Positions 1 to 9,544 of a stretch of DNA of 64,000 nucleotides are shown here, one piece after another (the first letter of the stretch is position 1; each line of letters begins with the position of its first letter). The stretch lies in assembly GCA_045605345.1 (NCBI GenBank), contig JAZUPT010000005.1:11483-75482 (forward strand), read 5' to 3'. The position numbers were made by a program, and so were the translations under genes. The notes beneath the pieces were generated by a model that saw nothing but the letters and a program-made list of their open reading frames with translations, was not told the DNA's origin and did no database searches. This DNA comes from Candidatus Spyradenecus sp. Lineage in GTDB: Bacteria; Verrucomicrobiota; Kiritimatiellia; RFP12; DVOR01.

Positions 1-234
1 AGTTCAACGCGATACCACCGTGCTTACCAATTCTCGTCCCGATCGAGAAGGAGCTTCCGAACGGGGAGAGATTTAACGCCCACTTCACCTTGCTCGACTT
101 GTGATGGTCGCGGTGAGAAGAGCGATGCACCGCAGGACGTCGATGAGACGAGTGACGGTGACGGGGTTCAGGGCGCGCAGATGCAGTTAAAGCCACACCG
201 AGCGCAAGGGCTAAACATAATGTCAGTTTGTTCA
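1..234 (-). CDS. N-terminal part of a secreted His/Arg-rich protein; partial, continues beyond the window start
   Basis: ATG at 232-234 on the minus strand preceded by GGAGGT. Translation MNKLTLCLALALGVALTASA... gives a signal peptide then a His/Arg/Ser-rich sequence. Open to the window edge; not in the ORF track because it is incomplete. Confidence 0.4.
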
Positions 235-359
235 TGGTTTACCTCCAATCTTTCTGACACTTAGTGTAACACCAAGCGAAATCCCACTTCAACTCCTTAC
301 ATACCGAAAGGTTTGTATGCAACCTAAAGTACGCACTCCCCCCTTCTCCTCCCCTAGAT

Positions 360-392
360 AACAAACAAGCCTCCGCACTCGGAGGCTTGTGA
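360..392 (-). terminator. Stem-loop downstream of the minus-strand UDP-sugar operon
   Basis: Perfect 9-bp stem AAGCCTCCG-CACT-CGGAGGCTT at 367-388, just 3' of the minus-strand gene ending at 449. No strong U-run follows. Confidence 0.35.
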
Positions 393-448
393 TTACGTGG
401 GTTTGTGGGATTTAAACGTACGCTTTAATGCAACGATACCACTGATGG

Positions 449-1405
449 TTACAACGTGGTTCGGAAGTACTCAATGGTTTTGCGCAACCCTTCAATTAAG
501 GGCACACGCGGTTCCCAATTGAGAAATTCCTTCGCCCATGTATTATCTGGGCGGCGGCGTTTAGGATCATCCCCAGGTAAGGGCGCATAGGTCATGGCGC
601 TCGTGCAGTCTGGTAAGAGCTGTAAAATCGTTTCAGCAAGCTCACGCATGGTGAATTCACCGGGATTACCAATGTTCAAGACGGGTAAGGCACACTGCTT
701 CTGCGCAAAGAAGTCCGCACACTCCGCCTTTGTCTTCGCGGCATATTTCATCATCGCTTCAACCAAGTCATCAACGAATTGGAAGGAGCGTGTCTGTTCA
801 CCTGTACCAAAGAGTGTAAAATCCTCGTTCTTCAAGGCTTGCAGGATGAAATTCGACACCACGCGTCCATCCTTCGGATCCATGTAAGGACCGTAGGTAT
901 TAAAGATGCGAATCAGGCGCACATCCACCCCATAGGCACGAGCATACTCCAGTGCCAAGGTTTCTGCTACGCGCTTCCCTTCATCATAGCAACTGCGAAT
1001 GCCCAAAGTATTCACGTGGCCCCAGTAGGATTCGGGTTGCGGATGGACCTCTGGATCGCCGTAGATTTCACTGGTGGAGGTGTGAATCACCCTCGCGCCG
1101 CACCGACGCGCAAGTTCAAGCACGTTGCGGATGCCATCAATACAGGTGAGCAACGTGTAGAGCGGTTCATGTTGGTAATGTGGCGGTGAAGCGGGGCACG
1201 CCAAATTAAAGATGAGGTCGTAATCGCCCGTAAGGGGTTCGCGAACATCTTGTTGGAGGAAGGTCACCGCCAACCCCTCCAAATTGGAAAGTCGGCCCGT
1301 GTAGAGGCTGTCCACGACCGTCACGTGGCATCCTTCGCTCAGGAGGCGACGAACAAGATTGGCGCCGAGAAACCCGGCGCCACCTGTAACTAAAACCTTT
1401 TTCAT
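449..1405 (-). CDS. UDP-glucuronate decarboxylase / NAD-dependent epimerase-dehydratase (UXS-like)
   Basis: MKKVLVTGGAGFLGANL Rossmann GxxGxxG N-terminus; YxxxK SDR-type fold of ~320 aa. Start ambiguous among 1405, 1414 and 1423 (GTG). Confidence 0.8.
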   Translation of the reverse strand: MKKVLVTGGAGFLGANLVRRLLSEGCHVTVVDSLYTGRLSNLEGLAVTFLQQDVREPLTGDYDLIFNLACPASPPHYQHEPLYTLLTCIDGIRNVLELARRCGARVIHTSTSEIYGDPEVHPQPESYWGHVNTLGIRSCYDEGKRVAETLALEYARAYGVDVRLIRIFNTYGPYMDPKDGRVVSNFILQALKNEDFTLFGTGEQTRSFQFVDDLVEAMMKYAAKTKAECADFFAQKQCALPVLNIGNPGEFTMRELAETILQLLPDCTSAMTYAPLPGDDPKRRRPDNTWAKEFLNWEPRVPLIEGLRKTIEYFRTTL

Positions 1406-1426
1406 AGGGAGCATGTCCCGCACAAA

Positions 1427-2182
1427 TTAGATGCGCTCTTCGAAACCGCGGAAGCCCACGTTCAATTCGTGCAACGGCGCGAGCAGCTTACCTAAAGGAA
1501 GGTCCTTCGTCAATTCAGCAAAGGCATTCACATCCTTCGGGAAGCACTTACCGCCGTAGCCGAACTTACCATCGGGGCCCGGCACATAGGTGTGCGTGTC
1601 ATTGATGTAACCCGAGAGGAGGCAACCCGTGTGTACGCGCTTGTACTCTGCACCCATGCGGCGGCAGTAGTCTGCAATCGCATTGAAGTAGGTCACCTTC
1701 ACTGCACCAAAGACATTGTGTGCATACTTGGTGATTTCTGCTTCGAGCGAGGTCATGTAGCAGAACTTCTTACCAATGAAAATTTCGGCGAGGAGATCCA
1801 ATTCCCCTGTGAAGACCATCGGCTGCGTCTTAAAGTCTTCCACGTGGGTGCGTTCAGTCAGGAATTCCGGCATGAAGTAGACATCGTGACCGGTTTCCTT
1901 GGAGAGACGTTCGGACGTGCCAGGGAGAATCGTGGTACGGATGAAGACAGGCACCTTCGGGAGACCCTTGATAATCTCCGTCATCAAGGTCAAATCCTGC
2001 GTACCATCATCTTCGGTGGGGACATGGATCGAAAGGAAGATGATATCCGCCGTGCTCAAATCATCGTTCATGCCCTTCGGAGGGTCGCTCACGAGCACCT
2101 TCACGTTCGGATTATTTTCTTCGAGCCAAACCTTCAATGCGCCGCCAACATAGCCGCAACCAACGATACCGACATTAATCAT
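1427..2182 (-). CDS. UDP-glucose/GDP-mannose dehydrogenase-family protein, unusually short (251 aa)
   Basis: N-terminal GCGYVGG NAD-binding motif and catalytic-Cys motif GYGGKCFPKD near residue 214. ORF stops ~35 aa later; the usual C-terminal UDP-binding domain is absent. GGAGA RBS before the ATG at 2182. Confidence 0.6.
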   Translation of the reverse strand: MINVGIVGCGYVGGALKVWLEENNPNVKVLVSDPPKGMNDDLSTADIIFLSIHVPTEDDGTQDLTLMTEIIKGLPKVPVFIRTTILPGTSERLSKETGHDVYFMPEFLTERTHVEDFKTQPMVFTGELDLLAEIFIGKKFCYMTSLEAEITKYAHNVFGAVKVTYFNAIADYCRRMGAEYKRVHTGCLLSGYINDTHTYVPGPDGKFGYGGKCFPKDVNAFAELTKDLPLGKLLAPLHELNVGFRGFEERI

Positions 2183-2368
2183 CTCTCGTCTCCATTAAAA
2201 AACAAATGACCTCTTAAGTATAGCATATCAATCGCCCAAAAGTCTCAAGAAAACACCGCCACCTCACAAAAATGTGCGCATTTTAGCCTCTTTTTCACCC
2301 ATTCCCACCTGCGGGTGTGATGCTTTCGCGCAGCCAATCCTTTTGGGGTGCGCCCTCTGTCACGCCCA

Positions 2369-3988
2369 TTAGGCTTCGGGAAGGAAGCGGAAGACCTCCG
2401 GATCAAAGGGGTCGGCCAAGCGACAACGACGTTCTGCCGTGCCTAACCACCATCCCAATAAGACAATCCCAATTCCCATGATGATTGAAAAAGTCACGCC
2501 CGGGGGATATTCCAAGTCATACACCGCCCCAGGCAGTTTGAGCACTTGAGTGGCAAGGAAATCAACAAAGGTGAGGATGGAGGCATTGATTCGGTTGAGC
2601 AAAATTGAAAGCGACGGCAAAATAAACCCCGCCAACGCACTAATGCACGCAAACCAGACTACCAACACCGTCAGTAACGGCACAATGAGATTCAACAAAA
2701 TCCCCACCGCCGAGACGCGTCCAAAGAAGAAGAGACAAAGGGGCAAAACCGCAATCCACGCCGCCAAGGAGAGCGCCATCACCCCTGCGAAGCGTTGGCG
2801 CAAGCGTAAGTGCCATGACACCGCTTCATCCAACCAACCTCCCACCGTGCGATGCGCCGTAGACCGAAAGAGACGATTGATAAAGTAGTTTAATGGTTTT
2901 GTGTAAAGGAAGAGTCCTCCCATCACACAGAAGGAGAGCAAGGCGCCTGGATTGGCCACCCACCCTGGCTCCACAATAAGTACCATCGCCGCCGTCATAA
3001 AGAGCGCACTCGCCCCATCCGGGCGACGCATAAAGGCGGGCGCAAAACAGAAAATCAACGCCATCATGCAGGCTCGCGTGGCAGAGGGTGGCACACCTGT
3101 AAGAAGCAGATAGCCCACCAATGCAGGCAAAAGGAGGAATACGCGCACCCGTAAACGCACCCCTACCCATGAGAAGACCCACACGAGCAACCCGGCCACA
3201 ATGCCTACGTGTAATCCACTAATCGCAAAGATGTGAATGATGCCTGAATCGGCATAGCGTTGGCGTAAAGCGTAGGGCAACTGCGCACGTTTCCCCAACA
3301 CCATGGTCTGCGTCAATAAAGCGTCCGTCTCACTCACCCCTAATGCCAAATGGTCTGACAATACATCTCGGAAATGCGAGAGCAAATACTCCACATTTGC
3401 GTACTGGTCTGCCTCTGGGAGGTGTTGTGCTGTCTCCCCACGCGCAGAGAGGGACATCCGATAGGCGTTTGAATTCGCCCGTAGCTTCGCCTTAATCAAC
3501 CACGTTTCGCCCACTTTAGGAAAGTTTCCTGCGCGATCGTAGAAGTAAACCAAAAGATTAGTACCATGAATCTCCATCCCATCTTCAAACCATGCATCAT
3601 CCACAGAAAAACGGCAGTAGGGTCCGCCACGTTTGCGTTGAACGATGTGTCGGTCATTGGAGACGGTCACCTTGAGGTCAAAGAGTTCCCCTGCCTGTTG
3701 GTAATTTCGCAACCGCTCCAATACCACTGCATTTCGATCATGCAAGAGTGCCGCGCGCCACCCGACTAACGCAAAGCAGGTCAACCAGAGTAAGACGGCC
3801 ATTTTTGAGAATCTGAAGCGCCATGCCGCAATCAACATTGCCGTGGCAAGGAACAACCACAACCACGCTCCGCCATAGAAAAAGCCCAACCCCGTGCCAA
3901 AAACAATCGCCATCGTCCACCCAAAGAGGGGGCGATGGCGACAAAAGCCAACCGTTTCATCAAAAAGTTCTGCAGAAAAGGCACCCAT
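2369..3988 (-). CDS. comEC: ComEC/Rec2 family DNA internalization channel protein
   Basis: Polytopic membrane protein with the competence-domain motif IIHIFAISGLHVGIVAG; 539 aa. Confidence 0.8.
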   Translation of the reverse strand: MGAFSAELFDETVGFCRHRPLFGWTMAIVFGTGLGFFYGGAWLWLFLATAMLIAAWRFRFSKMAVLLWLTCFALVGWRAALLHDRNAVVLERLRNYQQAGELFDLKVTVSNDRHIVQRKRGGPYCRFSVDDAWFEDGMEIHGTNLLVYFYDRAGNFPKVGETWLIKAKLRANSNAYRMSLSARGETAQHLPEADQYANVEYLLSHFRDVLSDHLALGVSETDALLTQTMVLGKRAQLPYALRQRYADSGIIHIFAISGLHVGIVAGLLVWVFSWVGVRLRVRVFLLLPALVGYLLLTGVPPSATRACMMALIFCFAPAFMRRPDGASALFMTAAMVLIVEPGWVANPGALLSFCVMGGLFLYTKPLNYFINRLFRSTAHRTVGGWLDEAVSWHLRLRQRFAGVMALSLAAWIAVLPLCLFFFGRVSAVGILLNLIVPLLTVLVVWFACISALAGFILPSLSILLNRINASILTFVDFLATQVLKLPGAVYDLEYPPGVTFSIIMGIGIVLLGWWLGTAERRCRLADPFDPEVFRFLPEA

Positions 3989-4029
3989 ATCACGTTGCTT
4001 TTTTGAGGCCGACCATCAAAGGGAACGCC

Positions 4030-4947
4030 TTAGGCTTCCGAATCCGCGTGGAGCAGTGCGCGTGCGGCGTAAGCATCCGTGGCAGACAGGCGTTCAAGCG
4101 CTTCGCGAATCTGCGCTTCTGGCACACCAAAGTAACGGGAAAATTGCGCGGGCGTAAGGGGATGGCGACGGGCGAGGGCTTGCAGTGCCGCCTCAGAATA
4201 CGGCATCGGTGCGGCAGGTTCAGCAGCCTGACGTGCAGCAGCCAAGGAACCAAAGAAGGCCTTTAGGTGCGCCAACTCTGCCTCTGACACCTGCTTCACG
4301 CAGGATTCCGCTGGCGGTCGCGCCGCGCTATTAACCGTCACCGTATCGGGGCGGAGCGTCTCCAACAGCGCATAGACGCGGTCCAACTGTTCTGGCGCAT
4401 CATTCATCCCCGGCAGCGCGAAGAATTCCACATCCAGAAGCCCTTCATACGATGCACGGAATTGACGCCATCCCTCCACCAAATCGGCAAAGTGAAGCGA
4501 CCCATGCGGGCGGACAGTCGCCTGAAAACTTGCCTCATCCCAAAAGTGAACCGAAATCTTTACACGAGAGGCTTCTGCTGCATCGCGACGCACTTCGGGG
4601 TCGGCAAAAAGGGCTCCATTGCTCATTAAGAGCGAGGGCAACTTCGTATTCGCACGGATCCAACGCAACACATCACCAAAGTGCGCATGAAGGGTGGGCT
4701 CTCCCGACCCGCAAAGCGTCAGCATATCCACCGCTTTATTTGAAGAAAGCCACGTTTCGAGTTCGCCTAATACCGTCTGAAGAGGGATGTAATCGCGGCG
4801 TTCACAGGTTGTTTGCGGGGTAATGCCTAACTGACAAAAGACGCAGTCATAGCAACAAGTCTTCATCGGCACCAAATCAATGCCGAGGCTTCTGCCATAA
4901 CGTCTTGATGGGACTGGGCCGAAAAGACAACTCATTGCACGCTCCAT
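4030..4947 (-). CDS. Radical SAM domain protein
   Basis: CxxxCxxC cluster motif (C-CYD-C-VF-C) near the N-terminus after GPVPSRRYGRSLGIDL; 305 aa. Subfamily not assignable by eye. Confidence 0.6.
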   Translation of the reverse strand: MERAMSCLFGPVPSRRYGRSLGIDLVPMKTCCYDCVFCQLGITPQTTCERRDYIPLQTVLGELETWLSSNKAVDMLTLCGSGEPTLHAHFGDVLRWIRANTKLPSLLMSNGALFADPEVRRDAAEASRVKISVHFWDEASFQATVRPHGSLHFADLVEGWRQFRASYEGLLDVEFFALPGMNDAPEQLDRVYALLETLRPDTVTVNSAARPPAESCVKQVSEAELAHLKAFFGSLAAARQAAEPAAPMPYSEAALQALARRHPLTPAQFSRYFGVPEAQIREALERLSATDAYAARALLHADSEA

Positions 4948-4981
4948 ACCTGCTCAACCTCGCCGGCCGCTCAGTGCAGGC

Positions 4982-7222
4982 TTACTCTTTCACCGTTTTC
5001 TTAAAATGTTCGCGCGCACGCAATTGGCGACGCGTCGGGATGTCTTCTGGATTGCGCGTATCGAGCTCCATCTCAATGACTTCTCCGCGATACTCGGTAG
5101 GTTGCGCAAAGAGCGCCGCCTTTTCATCATTCGAGGGCCACGGCGCCCAGTCCTGCGTGTAGGTATATGCCGCCTTAGAGAGTGGCAAACCCCAGATCTC
5201 AAAATAGGGCGTCAAATCGCGCTGGACAGCTTTAGACCACGCACAGCACATACGGTCTCCTGTGGCATTGGCAGGATATTTATCGCTCTTATCATTCACC
5301 ACATTAATGACGCTCTCCACGCCAAAATAGTGCGCGAGGGTCATGTAAAAGACCAACCGATCACCGACTTGCGACTTCATCCAAAGGTCCGACTCACCCG
5401 CCGCCACCTTCTTTGCTACGCTATCCCACGTTTCTTTTCTAATCCGCTTAAAGCTCGTCCCATTGAGCAGATTCATGGTGCAGGTGCCGTAAAAATTACA
5501 AATCACCTCAGTATTACCAGGAAGCGCAAAGATTCCATTGGCGCCTTGCCCCATATTGTGGCCAATTTCATGCAGCGCACCCCAAGAGCCTGAGTGTTGG
5601 AGCCCCTTGAGATTCATCATCCCGCCACCCCATTCCATACACATAATGGGATAGCCTGAGTGACCTGCACCAATTGAAATCTGCACATCGTCCACGACAC
5701 GCATGGGCGTGTACTTCGGTTCATTTTCGCGGGAGGGAATCTTTAACGCCTTCGGCTTCTTCGGATCCACGGGCACCTCTTCCTGCACGAGCGGGAAGCC
5801 ATAACGATCTGCCGTTGCATCCGCCGTCTTCATCTGCTCGCGGAAGAGTTCTTCCACATCCTGCGGCGCATCGGGATTCATCTGCACCAACTTTTTATCC
5901 AAAATGCCCCATTCGCGCTTCGCCGCACGATAATTGTGCGCTTCGCCATCGGTGGGCAATTCACGCCCCGCCGTGCGCAACATCACGCACGCCGCCTTTC
6001 CCCACCATTGCGCTAAAGCTTCAATGTTCTTCACATTACGAAGGTGTTTCGATTCCACCGTAAAGATAATCGTTTTGGTCTGCAATTCTGCCCACGGCGC
6101 AGGATTTTTCGACAACCGCTCAATCCAGTCTTGATTGGTATCAATACCCAATCGAAAATAGGGCATCTCCACGCACCCAGAGACCTCCACTTCCATCGGA
6201 CGCGAGCCACCGCTCCACTGGAACCAAAGCACGCCCCCTAAGACATGCCCGATTTCTTCCGTCTTCTTCTTAATCGTGAAACGACGCACCATATCGGGCC
6301 AACGCCACAGGGGGCGATTGTCTGTGATTTGTTGCCACCCCATCTTCACCTTTGAGAGGTTCGGCGCGACGGGGTTATACGGGTCATCCATCGGATTCCC
6401 ATCTTCGTCCAAGGGCACAATTTTGGGTTCCAATTTATCGGTATGACAGCCAATTTGTGCCGTGAGACTTCCCGTCAAGCCGCCGCACTTAATCGTAATC
6501 ACTTCACCTGGCGGAACGTACAACCCCGTGCTGATGTAGCCGCCTTCGCCTGGATAGAGCGTTACCTTCTTCGTGACGCGCTCAGCATCCTTCGGCACCT
6601 TACCGGGCCAAAGGTCGGCAGACTTCGCGGCATAGAGTTCCTTCATCGGGATGTTCTGCGCCTTCCAACTCTGATAACGCACTAAGAGCAATTCAAGCGG
6701 GTACTTAATGCTCACCCCACGCGAGGGACCACACACCACTTCGCCCCCACGACGATAGAGCAGTTCATCCAGTGCCGCCTTCAATTGGCGCGCATCCTTC
6801 GCCACAGAACCACCTTCTGCCGTGTTGCTATTGAAGACGCGCATTGCCTCAATGTAGGCCGCCATGCCTTGCCCCGTCTGACCCGTTACTGGACCTTTCC
6901 CATCGACAGCTTCGCCACCGCCATCGGCATCATACTTCTCCTCGCTCTCCTTTTGGGAGACTTCTAAGTGCTGAATCGCCTCGAACCAAGGGCCCACCTC
7001 ACGCGCGACCTTCCGCATACGTTCACGTTCAGCCAATTCTGCGCGATATTCTGCGGCGGTGGGCAACCCATTAGTGGCCACAATCTTGCGGTCGTAGTCA
7101 AGCTTTTCAATGACGTGCCCCTGAGAGTCCGTCTCCACAGGCCCCGCACCACGAAAACTCACCTGTGCCATGAGGGGCGCACACACAGTACAGAGAAGCC
7201 CAAAGATGAACCAATGCTTCAT
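4982..7222 (-). CDS. Secreted M60-like (enhancin-like) zinc metallopeptidase
   Basis: Signal peptide MKHWFIFGLLCTVCAPLMAQ; HEXXH zinc motif ALHEIGHNMGQ; 746 aa, consistent with M60-like glycoprotein/mucin peptidases. Confidence 0.7.
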   Translation of the reverse strand: MKHWFIFGLLCTVCAPLMAQVSFRGAGPVETDSQGHVIEKLDYDRKIVATNGLPTAAEYRAELAERERMRKVAREVGPWFEAIQHLEVSQKESEEKYDADGGGEAVDGKGPVTGQTGQGMAAYIEAMRVFNSNTAEGGSVAKDARQLKAALDELLYRRGGEVVCGPSRGVSIKYPLELLLVRYQSWKAQNIPMKELYAAKSADLWPGKVPKDAERVTKKVTLYPGEGGYISTGLYVPPGEVITIKCGGLTGSLTAQIGCHTDKLEPKIVPLDEDGNPMDDPYNPVAPNLSKVKMGWQQITDNRPLWRWPDMVRRFTIKKKTEEIGHVLGGVLWFQWSGGSRPMEVEVSGCVEMPYFRLGIDTNQDWIERLSKNPAPWAELQTKTIIFTVESKHLRNVKNIEALAQWWGKAACVMLRTAGRELPTDGEAHNYRAAKREWGILDKKLVQMNPDAPQDVEELFREQMKTADATADRYGFPLVQEEVPVDPKKPKALKIPSRENEPKYTPMRVVDDVQISIGAGHSGYPIMCMEWGGGMMNLKGLQHSGSWGALHEIGHNMGQGANGIFALPGNTEVICNFYGTCTMNLLNGTSFKRIRKETWDSVAKKVAAGESDLWMKSQVGDRLVFYMTLAHYFGVESVINVVNDKSDKYPANATGDRMCCAWSKAVQRDLTPYFEIWGLPLSKAAYTYTQDWAPWPSNDEKAALFAQPTEYRGEVIEMELDTRNPEDIPTRRQLRAREHFKKTVKE

Positions 7223-7234
7223 GTTAAAAATCCT

Positions 7235-7996
7235 TTACTTTCGGTAAATCCGAATCTCACCACGTCCAGCAGTCTTCCCATGCCCCGTAAACAACGCCTC
7301 GCGAACCGTCTTGAGCCACGGCGTTTCGGGTCCTATCGGTGCATAACGTAAGACTTCAATCACACTGCCAGCGTCATTTAAGGTCACTTGGAAGCGCACC
7401 TCGTCGGGTGCATCTTCTGCAGAAACCAAGGGGAATGCCACCCCAAAACCACATGCCTTTAACTTCGCATCAAGCGTCCATTTAATGCCGTTGCCAGTGG
7501 TGCGCACCTGTTGCTGTTCACGCATCTGTGGCAGATACGCGGCAGGTGAGGTGTCGACTTTCCGCGCAGCGGAGGAGCGATGCGCTACGGGCACCACTGT
7601 TTGGGGGACGCGAGCCGCAGGCTCTGGCAAGACTGGCGCCAGGGAGATGCCCACCTCTTCATCGCTCAGCGCAGTCGCTTGACGGCGCATGTTTTCGGCA
7701 CGTTGCAATCGAAGAAGCGTTGCTTCTGGCACCGCAATCACGCGAAGGGAGGGTGATGCGGGCTCAGGCCACACGCGCGGTTCGCCATGGGGCAAACGCC
7801 ACGCCACCGCCAAAAGTCCTGACACCACAAGTGTGCCCAATAAGACTGGGCCCCACCAATACGCGACATGGCTCTTACGCCGCCGATTACTGCGACGCAT
7901 CTTACGCCACCGTCCGAGGCGCAAGGTTGACACGCGCTTATTCGGCACATATTGCCGACTGCGCTCCCAAGCATGCTCTCCGTTCACTGGCACCAT
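7235..7996 (-). CDS. tonB: TonB-like energy transducer
   Basis: Single N-terminal TM segment (VAYWWGPVLLGTLVVSGLLAVAW), Pro-rich spacer and C-terminal domain. Start overlaps the exbD stop (TAATG). Confidence 0.6.
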   Translation of the reverse strand: MVPVNGEHAWERSRQYVPNKRVSTLRLGRWRKMRRSNRRRKSHVAYWWGPVLLGTLVVSGLLAVAWRLPHGEPRVWPEPASPSLRVIAVPEATLLRLQRAENMRRQATALSDEEVGISLAPVLPEPAARVPQTVVPVAHRSSAARKVDTSPAAYLPQMREQQQVRTTGNGIKWTLDAKLKACGFGVAFPLVSAEDAPDEVRFQVTLNDAGSVIEVLRYAPIGPETPWLKTVREALFTGHGKTAGRGEIRIYRK

Positions 7997-8508
7997 TAAT
8001 TTGCCCCATCTCCGTGTTGCTGGGCTTCACGCGCTGCCACGGTGACCAGATTAATCCGTTCCACACCGCACGCTTTGAGGCGTTCAATCCACATCATAAC
8101 CGTCCCATACGGCACGGAGACCTCTGCAATCAAATTCAGTTCGTGTCCAGGATAGGCCTGCTTCAACGCCTCCAATTCGGAGACCTTGTCCGAACAGTAA
8201 CGCCCATCGTCCAACAACAAGACGGTCACGTCTTCGCGACCCGGCGCTTCAAGCTTTCGAATAACGGCGCTCGGCACCTGCGTTGACAGCCCCTCTTCAG
8301 CGGGGCCTTGCGGGAGTTCCGTCACGCGACCTGGCTGCACCAAGGTTTGACGGGAGAGGACCCACATCAAGCCGCCTAACGCCAATAGATTAATCCACGG
8401 CACCATCAAGAGAAACGAGCGCACCCCCTTATTTCGCGGGAAAGAGGGTCCCGTGAAAGAGTGCCGTTGCCACACATACGGCTTCACATCGGATTGTCGG
8501 TGCTTCAC
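7996..8508 (-). CDS. exbD: Biopolymer transport protein ExbD/TolR
   Basis: 170 aa, one TM helix then a periplasmic domain; sits between the exbB and tonB-like genes. Confidence 0.75.
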   Translation of the reverse strand: MKHRQSDVKPYVWQRHSFTGPSFPRNKGVRSFLLMVPWINLLALGGLMWVLSRQTLVQPGRVTELPQGPAEEGLSTQVPSAVIRKLEAPGREDVTVLLLDDGRYCSDKVSELEALKQAYPGHELNLIAEVSVPYGTVMMWIERLKACGVERINLVTVAAREAQQHGDGAN

Positions 8509-8511
8509 AGT

Positions 8512-9126
8512 TTACTCCTTGTCGGCAATCGCCAGGTGTTCCAACATCAATGCCACACAGGTATCCATATCCAAGCTCAACGCATCCGCCTTCAAGACTA
8601 GGATATGATGTGCCGCATAGCAGAAAACTGCGCCGACCAATCCCGCAATTGTGTTCACCAAAGCCCCCGCGGCCGCCCCTGTAATCGCCCCCGTCTGTAC
8701 CAAGGGAGCCTGCACATCAAGCGTGGTCAAAACCGCATAACCGCCAATAAACGTGCCAATCAAGCCCATCAAAGGCAACAGTTGCGCAAAGAGGGAGAGC
8801 AACATCGCACGACGTTCCAAACGGGATAATTCCGTATGTGCTCGTGCCGCAAGAATCTCACGCAGACTCTCTGGAGAACTCGCACGATAGACAATCGCTT
8901 CGGCGACTAACGTCGGTAAGGGGCCCGCCGCCTCATCGCAGTTTTCCAAGGCTTCCTTGACGTTGCCCTTATCCAACACGTTAAACACGCCCGGCAAGAA
9001 GTCACGCGGATCAATCGATACGCGACGCAGATAGAGCAAACGTTCAAAAAAGACAATGATTGCCACAAAAATCATCGTTGCAATCAACCAGAACAGAAGA
9101 CCGCCTTCCCAGAAAAGACTCATCAC
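8512..9126 (-). CDS. exbB: MotA/TolQ/ExbB proton channel protein
   Basis: 204 aa, three TM helices with the typical ExbB C-terminal region; operon partner of exbD. Confidence 0.8.
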   Translation of the reverse strand: MMSLFWEGGLLFWLIATMIFVAIIVFFERLLYLRRVSIDPRDFLPGVFNVLDKGNVKEALENCDEAAGPLPTLVAEAIVYRASSPESLREILAARAHTELSRLERRAMLLSLFAQLLPLMGLIGTFIGGYAVLTTLDVQAPLVQTGAITGAAAGALVNTIAGLVGAVFCYAAHHILVLKADALSLDMDTCVALMLEHLAIADKE

Positions 9127-9483
9127 TCACTCCTTCGAAATAGCATCCGACTGCGAACGACGTCGTTCAGCCAGACAAACCGCTTCAATCTCCGCACTCC
9201 GCCACCGTTCGGGATAATCCCTGCACTGCTGCGGACGCGCCACATGCACTTGGCACAGATTATCCTCCGTCAAGAAACGGCAAGGTGCATTCGTGTCACC
9301 CTTCAACACCAAACCGCTCCGCGTCGGTGACAACTCCGTATACGCCTCAATGAATGCCTCCACCGACAGCCCAAGTGCCGCCGCTAAAGCATCCACATCC
9401 TTATCCGTCAACCGCACATAACCCGGCACACGACAACATGCACCGCACCGTTGACAAACAAACGTATCCGAACTCAATTCCAT
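9127..9483 (-). CDS. YkgJ-family (UPF0153) cysteine-cluster protein
   Basis: CQRCGACCR ... PCRFL ... CQVH ... RPQQCRDYP motif pattern typical of the YkgJ family; 118 aa. Its stop is adjacent to the exbB start. Confidence 0.7.
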   Translation of the reverse strand: MELSSDTFVCQRCGACCRVPGYVRLTDKDVDALAAALGLSVEAFIEAYTELSPTRSGLVLKGDTNAPCRFLTEDNLCQVHVARPQQCRDYPERWRSAEIEAVCLAERRRSQSDAISKE

Positions 9484-9544
9484 TACTCTTATTAGTGTAG
9501 CAAAAACACCCCCGCCCGAAAATGCGAAAATGTGAAAATGTTAC

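Noticed and set aside
1592-2209. 205-aa plus-strand ORF overlapping the UGDH-family gene.
   Set aside because: It is antisense to a gene with clear NAD-binding and catalytic motifs and a good RBS. It has no features of its own.
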